Source of the DNA: a virus
Length of the DNA: 64,000 nt
Direction: 5' to 3' (one strand)
IMG/VR virus record: IMGVR_UViG_3300020530_000006
Positions 1 to 8,846 of this stretch are shown piece after piece. Position 1 is the stretch's first letter. Each line of letters starts with the position of its first letter. The position numbers and the translations under genes were made by a program. The notes below the pieces were generated by a model that worked only from the letters and a program-made list of their open reading frames with translations, was not told where the DNA came from and ran no database searches.

Positions 1-165
1 AGATACTAATATTCTATATTACCTCTACTGTACTTCTTATCTCTATAGTATTACTTAACCTCTGCATAAGAGTATTAGAGAACTAAGGGTCGGTCAAGCA
101 GCGAAACCCTCTTAATAAAAAGTTATCGAACGATCACTGTTTGTAAGTTGTTTAGTTTCAAGGAG

Positions 166-194
166 TTGCGTCACGACCGCCGATGTGTTACAAT
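166..194 (+). promoter_or_regulatory. Putative sigma70-type promoter
   Basis: TTGCGT-17-TACAAT, with CCGATG in the spacer. Confidence 0.45.
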
Positions 195-583
195 GTGTGT
201 GAGTGTGTTAGTTCGTTTACTTCCTTACAAGTTGGGTGACTATGGTTATTGAAATGATTCCGTATGTTATTTGGGGCGCTTTCATTTACGGGTTTGCTCT
301 AGGGTTTACCCCTAAATGTTGTTGATCATACTTCTGTTTTTTATAGTTTATTATTGTGAAGTGTTTCCCAATGATAATACATGACTTTATATGGCCGATG
401 GTGATAGTAAGTTTGTCCAACGCTAGTTTTTATCATAAACCTTCTATTAGCAAACTCGACTATACCATACCCTATAACGATTGTCAAACACAAAACCAGA
501 AAAATACTATGGAATACAACTACATAAAATCAAAGGATCTTATAGAAACCAATAATCAAAAATATCAAGACCTAATAAAATAG

Positions 584-667
584 GGAGAGATGGCAGAGCG
601 GTTTAATGCACCGGTTTACTAAACCGACGAGATAATATCTCCACAGGTTCGAATCCTGTTCTCTCCG
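584..667 (+). tRNA. tRNA-Ser (anticodon ACT)
   Basis: Acceptor GGAGAGA/TCTCTCC, discriminator G, D-loop GG, anticodon loop TT-ACT-AA (618-620), long variable arm, T-arm ACAGG-TTCGAAT-CCTGT; CCA not encoded. Confidence 0.9.
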
Positions 668-670
668 TTG

Positions 671-1030
671 TTTTTCCTAATCTATCCTATTTGGCGTCTT
701 GGTGATAGTCAGTGAATTTTAAGGGTCACTTGTTTTTCCCAATATATCAAGGTTGGTTTTTATGGTCACAGTCAGTGAATTACTATGAGTCTGTATTATA
801 GTTTAGCAAGAGAAATATCTGGGGAAAAGTTGTTACAGGATATTTCTAATATGGTAAAAAAATTTGTGGAGAATAATGGAGATGCAAACAACAGCGTTCT
901 AGTAGTCGAGATACATAGAGTGTCAGATCATTCTGGAGACAGTTTGCTTCCTAAGTTACCATATAAAAATACTGAGGATTGTTCCACCTAATATATCAAG
1001 TTTGCCCCGGTTGCTCGTAGTCAGCGAAAA
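671..1030 (+). repeat. Three degenerate ~45-bp direct repeats ending AGTCAGYGAA (about 675-716, 737-779, 986-1028)
   Basis: Manual alignment: CCYAATMTATC...TTGS-N5/6-TGST...AGTCAGYGAA; partial copies near 91-106 and 399-411. Confidence 0.65.
785..991 (+). CDS. Hypothetical protein
   Basis: 68-aa ORF flanked by the repeats. Confidence 0.6.
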   Translation: MSLYYSLAREISGEKLLQDISNMVKKFVENNGDANNSVLVVEIHRVSDHSGDSLLPKLPYKNTEDCST

Positions 1031-1126
1031 TGAATAGTCTAGGATATTTTAAAGATTATGGGTGGCTAATAATTTTCGGCTGCATAATATTCTATATGGG
1101 CTGGTATATTTATCTTAATTCAGAAT

Positions 1127-1330
1127 ATGGAGAATCCCATGAAGACGAATGAATTCCACAAGCCTTTTATCAAAAGTTTGATTCTGGTTGCTTTTGTCAC
1201 AGTGTTTGCTATGGTTTCTAGTAAATATGTGACCAATTATTATCTAAATACTAAATTTCATCCTGCAAAAACCCTAGAATACTCATCTCAAAAATCCCAT
1301 GAACCAACAATCTCATCGGTTGCTGAGTAG
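1127..1330 (+). CDS. Hypothetical membrane protein
   Basis: One hydrophobic segment. Confidence 0.5.
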   Translation: MENPMKTNEFHKPFIKSLILVAFVTVFAMVSSKYVTNYYLNTKFHPAKTLEYSSQKSHEPTISSVAE

Positions 1331-1435
1331 ATATTGGCTTATTCGCCATTAATATCGCCACATTTTTACTTATTGAATTTGGCCGTCCTGTAAAATGGAT
1401 TAAAGACCAGATTAGGAAATGGCCGATAAAGGGTA

Positions 1436-1464
1436 TTGACAACCCATCTGTTTCATGGTATACT
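1436..1464 (+). promoter_or_regulatory. sigma70-type promoter
   Basis: TTGACA-17-TATACT with TG extension; CCGATA just upstream. Confidence 0.75.
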
Positions 1465-1509
1465 GGATCGTAGTAGTAATGGTATTTTTCTTAATAGGTA
1501 AAGGTAAAA

Positions 1510-1686
1510 ATGTATAGGAATGTATTGTTGACCGATAAAGAAATTGCCCTTCTACGGTCTGTTATTAGTCAAACTTTGCACGAAAAAGTAAGCATTGACC
1601 GTAATAATTTGACCATTATCCATAACCGTTTGCGACAAATCGCACCACTGAAAACTAATAATCAATTCTTGAATTATGGTAAATAG
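1510..1686 (+). CDS. Hypothetical protein (58 aa, not in the ORF track)
   Basis: ATG..TAG directly downstream of the promoter. Confidence 0.55.
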   Translation: MYRNVLLTDKEIALLRSVISQTLHEKVSIDRNNLTIIHNRLRQIAPLKTNNQFLNYGK

Positions 1687-1938
1687 GGATGTAATGGGCA
1701 ACAAATGAAAACAATCAATATAAGCATGGGCAGGAAACCCACAAAATGATCGAACCTACCATTTATACTCTTGATGAGGGGAAAACTTATCAAATAGATT
1801 TTGAACGAACAAAAGATCATGTGAAGTTCCAAACTATTAAAAGGATCAAGTTCTTGACTATGGATGATCTATTGAAACTAAGAGAGAATATTGATAAGAT
1901 TACTATTAAGTTTAAAAAGTAAAATTTGGAGAAAAATA

Positions 1939-2136
1939 ATGACTGACAAAGCAGTTCAATATTATCTTGATAAGGATAAATTGATTGATATTAGGGTGGA
2001 TCATTGGAGTCAAAATAGGATGCACGTTAGCATTTATAATGACCGAAATGATACTTGTGTGGGATATACTTGTAGTAGGGAAGAACTTAGGGGTTTAGCC
2101 GATTTTATTTATAAGACTACTGGAGAAAAAAAATGA
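1939..2136 (+). CDS. Hypothetical protein; C-terminus shared with 2345..2542
   Basis: GGAG RBS; ends SREELRGLADFIYKTTGEK. Confidence 0.7.
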   Translation: MTDKAVQYYLDKDKLIDIRVDHWSQNRMHVSIYNDRNDTCVGYTCSREELRGLADFIYKTTGEKK

Positions 2137-2348
2137 GAGATTGGATAGTTGATTTAGTTTATCTAGCACTTATTATTGTTAGTTTTGCTGTTTGTTACCA
2201 TAGATTGTCCGTTTTGTCTCACCGAATTGATATGGTCATAATGGTTCAGCAATCTCAAGAAGAATCATTTCGTCGCTCTCTTGAAAGGGATGCTGATCTA
2301 CTTTTAAAGTTAGGCAAGATAGAACAACTATTGGGGGAAAATAAATGA
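2133..2348 (+). CDS. Hypothetical membrane protein (paralog of 6171..6329)
   Basis: N-terminal TM then SHRIDMVIMV. Confidence 0.7.
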   Translation: MRDWIVDLVYLALIIVSFAVCYHRLSVLSHRIDMVIMVQQSQEESFRRSLERDADLLLKLGKIEQLLGENK

Positions 2349-2542
2349 AATATACTAATCCTTATAGTTGTGATTATCTAAAATTCTTTATTGAGAAAAG
2401 AGAAAATCCAATTAATCAAAAAACTAAGGATTATGTTGTTGCTTTTCATGGTAAAAACGGATACTTTGAAGAACCAGTATTGTCTAGGGAAGAACTAAAG
2501 GGGTTGGCCGATTTTATTTACAAAACCATTGGAGAAAAATAA
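2345..2542 (+). CDS. Hypothetical protein
   Basis: Ends SREELKGLADFIYKTIGEK. Confidence 0.7.
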   Translation: MKYTNPYSCDYLKFFIEKRENPINQKTKDYVVAFHGKNGYFEEPVLSREELKGLADFIYKTIGEK

Positions 2543-2745
2543 TGAAAACTAAATTTCCACAAGAATTATATGATTTACTTAATCTTCAATTTCATGCTGC
2601 AACCACTAGCAATAGTTGTAAAATACTGCCTACATTCGATAAGGACAAAGAAGGAGATCTATCAATAAGTATATGTTTTAACGAAATCTCAATAATCCTA
2701 AATGATAACGGAACATGGTATTATTCAAAACCAACCAATAATTGA
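2542..2745 (+). CDS. Hypothetical protein
   Basis: Tiled ORF with GGAG RBS. Confidence 0.6.
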   Translation: MKTKFPQELYDLLNLQFHAATTSNSCKILPTFDKDKEGDLSISICFNEISIILNDNGTWYYSKPTNN

Positions 2746-2772
2746 TAATTTTACACTTATAGGAGAAAAGAA

Positions 2773-3195
2773 ATGAACAGAAGAAGTCTTATTAAATCTT
2801 TGTTACAAATAACGGCTGGGTTTTTACTTTTTAAGAACGTATATGGTGAGCATGAATCATACCTTTACAAAGGTAAAAAACTTATTGTTGTACCATCAGA
2901 TACTCTTTATAATATCTGTCAGAAGAAAAAAGAACCGAGGTTTCTTCCTAAATTTCAATCTAATGATAGTATCATAGACGAAATGAAAATCTTTGTTGAT
3001 ATGTGCAAAGAGTATAACATGAAACTTGGATATGAAGTATATGGTTGCGTTCATAAAGACGGAAATTATTCTGTAATTTCATTCAGCGATCCATATATTT
3101 GTGCAACATATCCATGTACTACAGGCGTTAAGAACAATAGAATTGCTAAATTATTTAAGATAACTAATGAAAACTCACACTTGTTCAATAGATAG
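2773..3195 (+). CDS. Hypothetical protein with Tat-like signal peptide
   Basis: MNRRSLIKS plus a hydrophobic stretch; AGGAG RBS. Confidence 0.65.
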   Translation: MNRRSLIKSLLQITAGFLLFKNVYGEHESYLYKGKKLIVVPSDTLYNICQKKKEPRFLPKFQSNDSIIDEMKIFVDMCKEYNMKLGYEVYGCVHKDGNYSVISFSDPYICATYPCTTGVKNNRIAKLFKITNENSHLFNR

Positions 3196-3207
3196 GATTT
3201 TTACACA

Positions 3208-3417
3208 ATGAATAATCCAACATTATCAGACGATATTCTTTACGCCATTAGTTGTGTTCAAGACTATAGGGCTACTATAGATACTGATTGTGAAGTTGGT
3301 GGTCATGTTTATGACACTATTAGTCATCGAATTGACCGATTAATGGATTTTTATTATATGTTAACAGGATTTAATCCACATAATATTAGACAAATTAATT
3401 TAAATGAAATTGACTAA
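3208..3417 (+). CDS. Hypothetical protein (paralog of 3424..3678)
   Basis: ISCVQDYR..RIDRL shared motif. Confidence 0.7.
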   Translation: MNNPTLSDDILYAISCVQDYRATIDTDCEVGGHVYDTISHRIDRLMDFYYMLTGFNPHNIRQINLNEID

Positions 3418-3423
3418 AGTCTT

Positions 3424-3678
3424 ATGAAACTCTCCAAAGAAGAAATAGATAGCCTAATTGTTAATGATATTCTTATTGGTAATCATTTTAAGGTGGGATA
3501 TTTAGAACTATATCCAGAACTATCAAATGATATTGCATTAGGAATCTCTTGTATGCAAGATTATAGAGATACTATTGATTCTTGGGAGAATCAAGAAGAC
3601 TGGGACAAAGTTAGCATAAGAATTGATAGACTATTACAATTTTATCACAAGATATGGGAAATAAGTCATAGAACTTGA
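3424..3678 (+). CDS. Hypothetical protein (paralog of 3208..3417)
   Basis: ISCMQDYR..RIDRL shared motif. Confidence 0.7.
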   Translation: MKLSKEEIDSLIVNDILIGNHFKVGYLELYPELSNDIALGISCMQDYRDTIDSWENQEDWDKVSIRIDRLLQFYHKIWEISHRT

Positions 3679-3696
3679 TTATCACGAGGAAAAGAA

Positions 3697-3993
3697 ATGA
3701 GTCACCTAAACCAGCAAGATTTGAATGATATAAAGAGCATTGTCGAAGAAGTTCAAAGAATGACTATAGATTTTGATCTTAGTTACGATCAAGGATATGT
3801 AGCAGAATTACTTTATGATGTTGATATGAGCATGAGAGCGATTCTGGAAATAATTAATGGGCCTAGTGGAAAGATAGAGAAAATGATAGATAGTACAGAT
3901 AAAGAACTTCGTTGTAATAGTTGCTCTAGAACAATTGATTCTTATTTCTACAGATATTTTTGTAAAACTTGTTACGATAGGGGAACACGATGA
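3697..3993 (+). CDS. Hypothetical protein with C-terminal Zn finger
   Basis: CNSC..CKTC. Confidence 0.6.
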   Translation: MSHLNQQDLNDIKSIVEEVQRMTIDFDLSYDQGYVAELLYDVDMSMRAILEIINGPSGKIEKMIDSTDKELRCNSCSRTIDSYFYRYFCKTCYDRGTR

Positions 3994-4144
3994 ATGTTGG
4001 ACAAGAGTTGGTCGAGAGGCTACAAAATCTGAATAAGATGCTGTATGCTATAAGATCAGCAGAGGTTGATACTTTTGAATTGCCCGAAATAAATGACAAG
4101 AATAAATCTATTGTAAAACCTAAAAAATTGCCTAAAAGAAAGAA

Positions 4145-4543
4145 ATGACTGGTTTAAATATTCAGATTCCTTGGTCGTTTCTTTTAATTAATGGCGACAA
4201 AAGCGTTGAAACACGCTCGTATCCGCTCCCTAAAAAGTATGAGGGAGTCGAACTAGCATTAATTGAAACGCCGGGCAAATACGGTCGATTTAAATCTCAT
4301 ATTATTGGTACAATAACCTTTAGCCATAGTTTTCAATATCCAGATAAGCAATCTTGGGTAGATGACTATAATAGACACAAAGTAGAAGAACTTGATGAAT
4401 TTTTGGGTTGGAATCCAGACAAACCTAAATACGGATGGGTAGTTAGCGATATTAAAAAATTCGACCACCATATTCCAGCCCCAAAGAAAAAGGGGATAGT
4501 GTTCACAAAAAACTGCAAAGTTCATGTTGACAGTTGTCGATAG
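4145..4543 (+). CDS. ASCH domain protein
   Basis: LNIQIPWSFLLINGDKSVETRS matches the ASCH GxKxxExR motif. Confidence 0.8.
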   Translation: MTGLNIQIPWSFLLINGDKSVETRSYPLPKKYEGVELALIETPGKYGRFKSHIIGTITFSHSFQYPDKQSWVDDYNRHKVEELDEFLGWNPDKPKYGWVVSDIKKFDHHIPAPKKKGIVFTKNCKVHVDSCR

Positions 4544-4554
4544 TATGGTATACT
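4527..4554 (+). promoter_or_regulatory. sigma70-type promoter
   Basis: TTGACA-16-TATACT, TCGATA in spacer. Confidence 0.75.
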
Positions 4555-4582
4555 GGCAGAGTCACCACTGGAGAAAACAATA

Positions 4583-4786
4583 ATGTATACTCAATTTGAT
4601 AGTTCTGCTATGGAGTGTGCTAGATATATTTTTGATAGCGACTGCGAACAAGTTAGTTATCAAGAATATGTGCAAGATGGAAATGATCCAAGGGATCACA
4701 TTCTTTATCATGCTGCTATTGTTCTAGGTGAAACCGATGATTTTGCTCCAGATATTGATGAGTATTTGAGTATCAAAAATGATTAA
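4583..4786 (+). CDS. Hypothetical protein
   Basis: GGAG RBS after the promoter. Confidence 0.65.
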   Translation: MYTQFDSSAMECARYIFDSDCEQVSYQEYVQDGNDPRDHILYHAAIVLGETDDFAPDIDEYLSIKND

Positions 4787-5216
4787 ACACTTTCCCATTA
4801 CTAATACCGATAAGGTTATTGAGCATTATTCACAAAAAGATAATGTTCCTATCATTTATGTTTGTACTACAGATTTTAAAATGAGTGATCGTCCTGCGGA
4901 TATTTTCTATAGAAATACTCCTCATCCAACATTTGGCAACAGATATTTTGGTATCGGTATTAATCATGAAGATGGATCTTATGTTATTTTTAATGCTGAC
5001 GAAATTGAAAGTTTCACATTTGGTCTTGTAGAAGATGACGATGGTAATCTTCAATATAGCCAATCTCATCATGAGTATAAAAGTTTTGACAACGGCAATA
5101 TGATTGATGGAGGTAGACGCTACATTAGATCATCTCGTAATAATGTTTCTATTTATGTTGTTCGTGATGGAAAAATGGTCGAGCGACATTTGACAACTTC
5201 TGACAGTCTGGTATAA
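4779..5216 (+). CDS. Hypothetical phage protein
   Basis: YSxxHHEY..MIDGGRxY motif; 145 aa. Confidence 0.7.
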   Translation: MIKHFPITNTDKVIEHYSQKDNVPIIYVCTTDFKMSDRPADIFYRNTPHPTFGNRYFGIGINHEDGSYVIFNADEIESFTFGLVEDDDGNLQYSQSHHEYKSFDNGNMIDGGRRYIRSSRNNVSIYVVRDGKMVERHLTTSDSLV

Positions 5217-5217
5217 T
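5190..5217 (+). promoter_or_regulatory. sigma70-type promoter
   Basis: TTGACA-16-TATAAT. Confidence 0.75.
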
Positions 5218-5258
5218 ACATTGTTGTGGTTCGTTGTCTTTTACTTTAGAGGATATTT

Positions 5259-5426
5259 ATGAGTCTTGGTGTTGCTGAAAAGAATGGTAAGTTTGTGGTT
5301 ACTCAGAATGGTCAGCCTATCAATCTTCCTAAGAGTGATGGTCAGGCTATTGTGACTGAATTCAATAGCAAGAGTGATGCCGAAAAGTATATGAGCATAC
5401 TCAAATCTCTCAAAAAGAAAAAGTAA
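5259..5426 (+). CDS. Small basic protein (55 aa, not in the ORF track)
   Basis: GAGGA RBS after the promoter; MSLGVAEKNGK..LKKKK. Confidence 0.7.
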   Translation: MSLGVAEKNGKFVVTQNGQPINLPKSDGQAIVTEFNSKSDAEKYMSILKSLKKKK

Positions 5427-5427
5427 A

Positions 5428-5880
5428 ATGGACGCTGAACTCCAAAATCAACTGTACGAAAAGTATCCCGACTTATTTTCCAATAGGAATAAAGGTCGCA
5501 TGGAATCGTGTATGTGTTGGGGGTGCGAGGTTGGAAACGGTTGGTATGAATTATTGTCATCTGTCTGCTGGCGAGTATCTCAGCACGAAAAAAATATAGA
5601 GGACAGAAAAAGAATTTTAGCGGATAAACCAGAAAAGATCAAAGCGGAACTAGAGTATTTTCCTGTTAAATTTGACCAAGTGAAAGAAAAGTATGGTGGA
5701 CTTCGCATATATTTCAGCGGTGGTGATGATTATGTAGATGGTCTTGTTGGTATGGCGGAAGAATACTCTTATAAAGTATGTGAAGTTTGTGGCAATGCTG
5801 GCAAACCCAATAAAGGTGGATGGATAACAACCTTATGTGAAAGTTGTAGGGAAAAAACTTGTCAAACAATGCCACAATAA
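5428..5880 (+). CDS. Conserved phage hypothetical protein with Zn finger
   Basis: GW..QVKEKYGGLRIY..CEVCG..LCESC. Confidence 0.75.
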   Translation: MDAELQNQLYEKYPDLFSNRNKGRMESCMCWGCEVGNGWYELLSSVCWRVSQHEKNIEDRKRILADKPEKIKAELEYFPVKFDQVKEKYGGLRIYFSGGDDYVDGLVGMAEEYSYKVCEVCGNAGKPNKGGWITTLCESCREKTCQTMPQ

Positions 5881-6170
5881 CAATTAGCAAACAAGAAGCA
5901 TGGAGAATGTTAGATGCTCTTGATGCTTACAAAAAAGACTATAATGTTAGTACAGCGGTAAATAAAGTAATTGAATCGTTAAATAAAAAACTCAAGAAAA
6001 TCGTTAAAGAATAATAGTTATGGATAACCTAATAGGAATACTATACGGTAATGAGTATGTAACTAGTTTTAGTATATCATTTACTAAACCAGAAATACTA
6101 ACAATCAAATTTAAAGATGGTTCAACACTAAGACTATGCGAAGTACAACCAGATAAAACGGGAAAAAATA

Positions 6171-6329
6171 ATGAGACAACTAATATTTGACGCTATCTTA
6201 CTATCTTTAATAGTCGTATGTTTTTCAAGAATTACTTATACTAGTCACAGACTTGAGATGAATATTATGGTTGTTCAAGGTTTACAGCATCAAATTGATG
6301 ACCTAAATAAAAAGTTGGAGGAAAAATGA
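6171..6329 (+). CDS. Small membrane protein (52 aa, paralog of 2133..2348)
   Basis: TM plus SHRLEMNIMV. Confidence 0.6.
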   Translation: MRQLIFDAILLSLIVVCFSRITYTSHRLEMNIMVVQGLQHQIDDLNKKLEEK

Positions 6330-6586
6330 GTTGGAACTATCGTGTCGTTAAAAAAGTTAATAAAATACCTATTCTCTTAAAAAAGAATAATCCTGATCTG
6401 GGCGATTTTGATGTTTTTTATGAAATTCATGATGTATACCTTGATGAAAGTCTAGATATTGTAAATATTGGAAGAATATCATTTCCTATGGGCGATGATG
6501 TTGAGTCATTACAATGGAGTCTAGAAAGAATGATGGAGGCTTGTAGTAAGCCGGTTATTGACTATAATACAGGAGAAGAAATATAA
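6326..6586 (+). CDS. Conserved phage hypothetical protein
   Basis: MSWNYRVV..YEIHDVY. Confidence 0.7.
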   Translation: MSWNYRVVKKVNKIPILLKKNNPDLGDFDVFYEIHDVYLDESLDIVNIGRISFPMGDDVESLQWSLERMMEACSKPVIDYNTGEEI

Positions 6587-6600
6587 GATCGGAATTAACC

Positions 6601-6709
6601 GACGCCGCTGGGTTGATCGCCAGAAGGCAACGTCCTGTGCCTCTAGTTCCCGTATGATCCTGCTATATGCTGGTTCGCTAGGGTTCTAACGCACGATAAT
6701 GGGGGCGTT
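6601..6709 (+). ncRNA. Candidate multi-stem RNA domain
   Basis: GC-rich intergenic island; closing GACGCC/GGCGTT; hairpins CTGG/CCAG, AGGCA/TGCCT, CTAG/CTAG, CGTATG/TATATG with G-U pairs. Confidence 0.55.
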
Positions 6710-6722
6710 TTCAATACAACAA

Positions 6723-6852
6723 ACATGGTAAGACAAGGAAAAGGAGAATGGGATTTGACTGATATGAGAAAATAAAGCCTAGATCTGGAATAGTGGTCTT
6801 TGATATCGGTGTTATTTTCAGAGTATTGGTAATGATACCTCACCTGCCATGT
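6723..6852 (+). ncRNA. Unassigned structured RNA motif, copy A
   Basis: Closing stem ACATGGTA/TGCCATGT; two conserved blocks shared with 9272-9370. Confidence 0.65.
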
Positions 6853-7154
6853 CACAAAACATTACGGATAATTTTGATTGGGATTCTTGGATAAAAGAAG
6901 CGACAAGGTATAAACCCTGTGCCTCTTTATGTATTGATAAAGAGTCTGATAGAGTAGAATTATTGCTTGATACTAATACTTTTACTTACAATGAATGGAT
7001 AAAGGGAGAAGGTGCTGATATTAGTTTGGTTAGGTGCAGCAAAACCAACAAGGTTATTGGGATTAATCTTCCCTTATATCAAACAGATTTTAGCATATGG
7101 CATACTAATGGCATAAGAGTTAGAATAAATCAAGGATATTTAAAAAATGAATAA
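6849..7154 (+). CDS. Hypothetical protein
   Basis: 101-aa ORF; its ATG lies inside the copy A closing stem. Confidence 0.65.
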   Translation: MSQNITDNFDWDSWIKEATRYKPCASLCIDKESDRVELLLDTNTFTYNEWIKGEGADISLVRCSKTNKVIGINLPLYQTDFSIWHTNGIRVRINQGYLKNE

Positions 7155-7554
7155 AGATATTGCTAAAAAGTGGGTCAAGGCTTTGCGTAGTGGAAAATAT
7201 AAGCAAGGATATGGCTATCTAAAACAATTGAATAGCAAGAATCAGCCAAGACATTGTTGTTTGGGTGTTCTTTGTGAACTTTATAACGACACTATGAAAA
7301 AGAATCATAAAAAAACTCTTTACATAGAGGACATGGAAGATTCTGACGGTACGTATTTCATTAGATTCAATTTATTAGATGGCGGTCTACCCATTGTAGT
7401 GCAAAAATGGGCTGGCATTAAAAATATTATAGGAGAATTTGCCGTTGCACCGTATGGCAGATACGATGTTGAATGTCTTGCTGATCTAAACGATGGTGGT
7501 AAAAAATTCTCAACTATTGCTGATATTATCGAAAAGAATGTAGAGAATCTATGA
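7147..7554 (+). CDS. Conserved phage hypothetical protein
   Basis: KWVKALRSGKYKQG..HCCLGVLCEL..LNDGG..FSTIADIIE. Confidence 0.75.
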   Translation: MNKDIAKKWVKALRSGKYKQGYGYLKQLNSKNQPRHCCLGVLCELYNDTMKKNHKKTLYIEDMEDSDGTYFIRFNLLDGGLPIVVQKWAGIKNIIGEFAVAPYGRYDVECLADLNDGGKKFSTIADIIEKNVENL

Positions 7555-7618
7555 AGGAGCCATTAATTTATTATGAAATTAAAACAACTATACTAGAAGG
7601 TATTGGTGAAATACTAGT

Positions 7619-7843
7619 ATGAATACTCTAGACTTCATAGGACTCTTCTTATTAAGCATGGCTTTAGCCTGTGTAATATCTATTGTTTGTTCTCTAGGTA
7701 TAACAGCACTCTTACTTCATATTGTTCATGCTTTTGATTTAAATCCTGGTCGTGATAATTATTGGGTATTTAATGTGACCATAATTTCACTAATAGTTAG
7801 TTGGATTATTAGTTTCGGTTGCTTTATGAGTATTAATAAATGA
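7619..7843 (+). CDS. Hypothetical membrane protein
   Basis: Two TM segments. Confidence 0.6.
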   Translation: MNTLDFIGLFLLSMALACVISIVCSLGITALLLHIVHAFDLNPGRDNYWVFNVTIISLIVSWIISFGCFMSINK

Positions 7844-8082
7844 ATATACTAAGTACAAAACATACTTATGATAACAGAATATTAACTCTGATAATTGATT
7901 ATAAAGGTAGATTATTTAGAATCAATAATGTATCGCCAGCGGGGTTATATATTTGGTCAGGAATTAATGGGTGGTTGTTTATTGAACTTGGCGAGTATGC
8001 AAAAACAGAACAAGAAATTATCAATCAGTTTATTAAACTTATGGATGCTTATACTAATGAAGAAGAAAAAGAAACAAAATAA
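7840..8082 (+). CDS. Hypothetical protein
   Basis: Tiled ORF. Confidence 0.55.
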   Translation: MNILSTKHTYDNRILTLIIDYKGRLFRINNVSPAGLYIWSGINGWLFIELGEYAKTEQEIINQFIKLMDAYTNEEEKETK

Positions 8083-8260
8083 ACGTAAACAAAAAATTGA
8101 TGTTGTAATAGAGTCATTAGTTCATCTTGAACAAAGAATGAAGGAACTAATAACTAAAGTAGAAAGTTTGCATACACAAAGATATTATCATCCACAAAAT
8201 GCTGAACCAAAAAAATATTGGCCGGTTGATTATCCAAAATATAAAGATGTAACTTGGTAG
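8057..8260 (+). CDS. Hypothetical protein
   Basis: Tiled ORF; internal ATG chosen as start. Confidence 0.5.
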   Translation: MKKKKKQNKRKQKIDVVIESLVHLEQRMKELITKVESLHTQRYYHPQNAEPKKYWPVDYPKYKDVTW

Positions 8261-8520
8261 ATAGTATGAGCAAAAGTTTACTTTCTCAACAAGATCAGTT
8301 AACAAACTTAAAACTTCAATACGGACTTAGTTTAAATTTTGTGGAAGTTACAATTCCTCTTACAGAAAATGAGATGATTGATATTTGGGGAGAAAATTGT
8401 GACGAATACGAACACAGTTGCTCATTATGTAGAGCGTGGCATGAGTGGAATACTAATTATCATAAGGTAACGGTAGTCGTATCAAGAGATAGTATTGTTA
8501 AAGCGGCAAAGAAAGATTAA
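8254..8520 (+). CDS. Hypothetical protein
   Basis: Tiled ORF, C..CSLC motif. Confidence 0.55.
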   Translation: MVDSMSKSLLSQQDQLTNLKLQYGLSLNFVEVTIPLTENEMIDIWGENCDEYEHSCSLCRAWHEWNTNYHKVTVVVSRDSIVKAAKKD

Positions 8521-8522
8521 AT

Positions 8523-8846
8523 ATGAAAAATAAAATAGGCTCATTTGCAATTTGCAATAATAACCAATTAGGTTTAATACTATACGAAACACAAGTTCTT
8601 GTAAAGAGAACAAACAAATCACATACTTTGTATCATGGAATTTGTTTAAGTCCACAAGAAAAGTACGGATGCAATTGGCAAAGTAAAAATCCTAAATTTT
8701 TAAACAAAAATCAATTTCAAAAATTGTGGAAAAAATTAGCATATGATAGGTTGTTAGGTGAGGTTAAAAACAATGGTTTTGTAGAGGCTTTAAAAAGATA
8801 TAAGCTAATAAAAGATAAAGAAATTAATGAGGTTTTAAAAAAATGA
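8523..8846 (+). CDS. Hypothetical protein
   Basis: Tiled ORF. Confidence 0.6.
   Translation: MKNKIGSFAICNNNQLGLILYETQVLVKRTNKSHTLYHGICLSPQEKYGCNWQSKNPKFLNKNQFQKLWKKLAYDRLLGEVKNNGFVEALKRYKLIKDKEINEVLKK

Noticed and set aside
143-170. IHF-like or dif-like imperfect palindrome
   Set aside because: Single copy with several mismatches; not supportable
356-583. 75-aa ORF
   Set aside because: GTG start without RBS, overlaps a partial repeat, no motifs
671-1030. Possible CRISPR array
   Set aside because: Repeats are too degenerate and irregularly spaced; no cas genes
1686-1703. GGGATGTAATGGGCAACA resembling a tRNA 5' end
   Set aside because: No anticodon arm or T-arm follows
6725-6775. Mini-ORF MVRQGKGEWDL.. 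similar to VRKAKGAWEL at 9287
   Set aside because: The second copy has an in-frame TAG just before it and no start codon, and the 3' conserved block lies outside the frame, so a peptide does not explain the conservation
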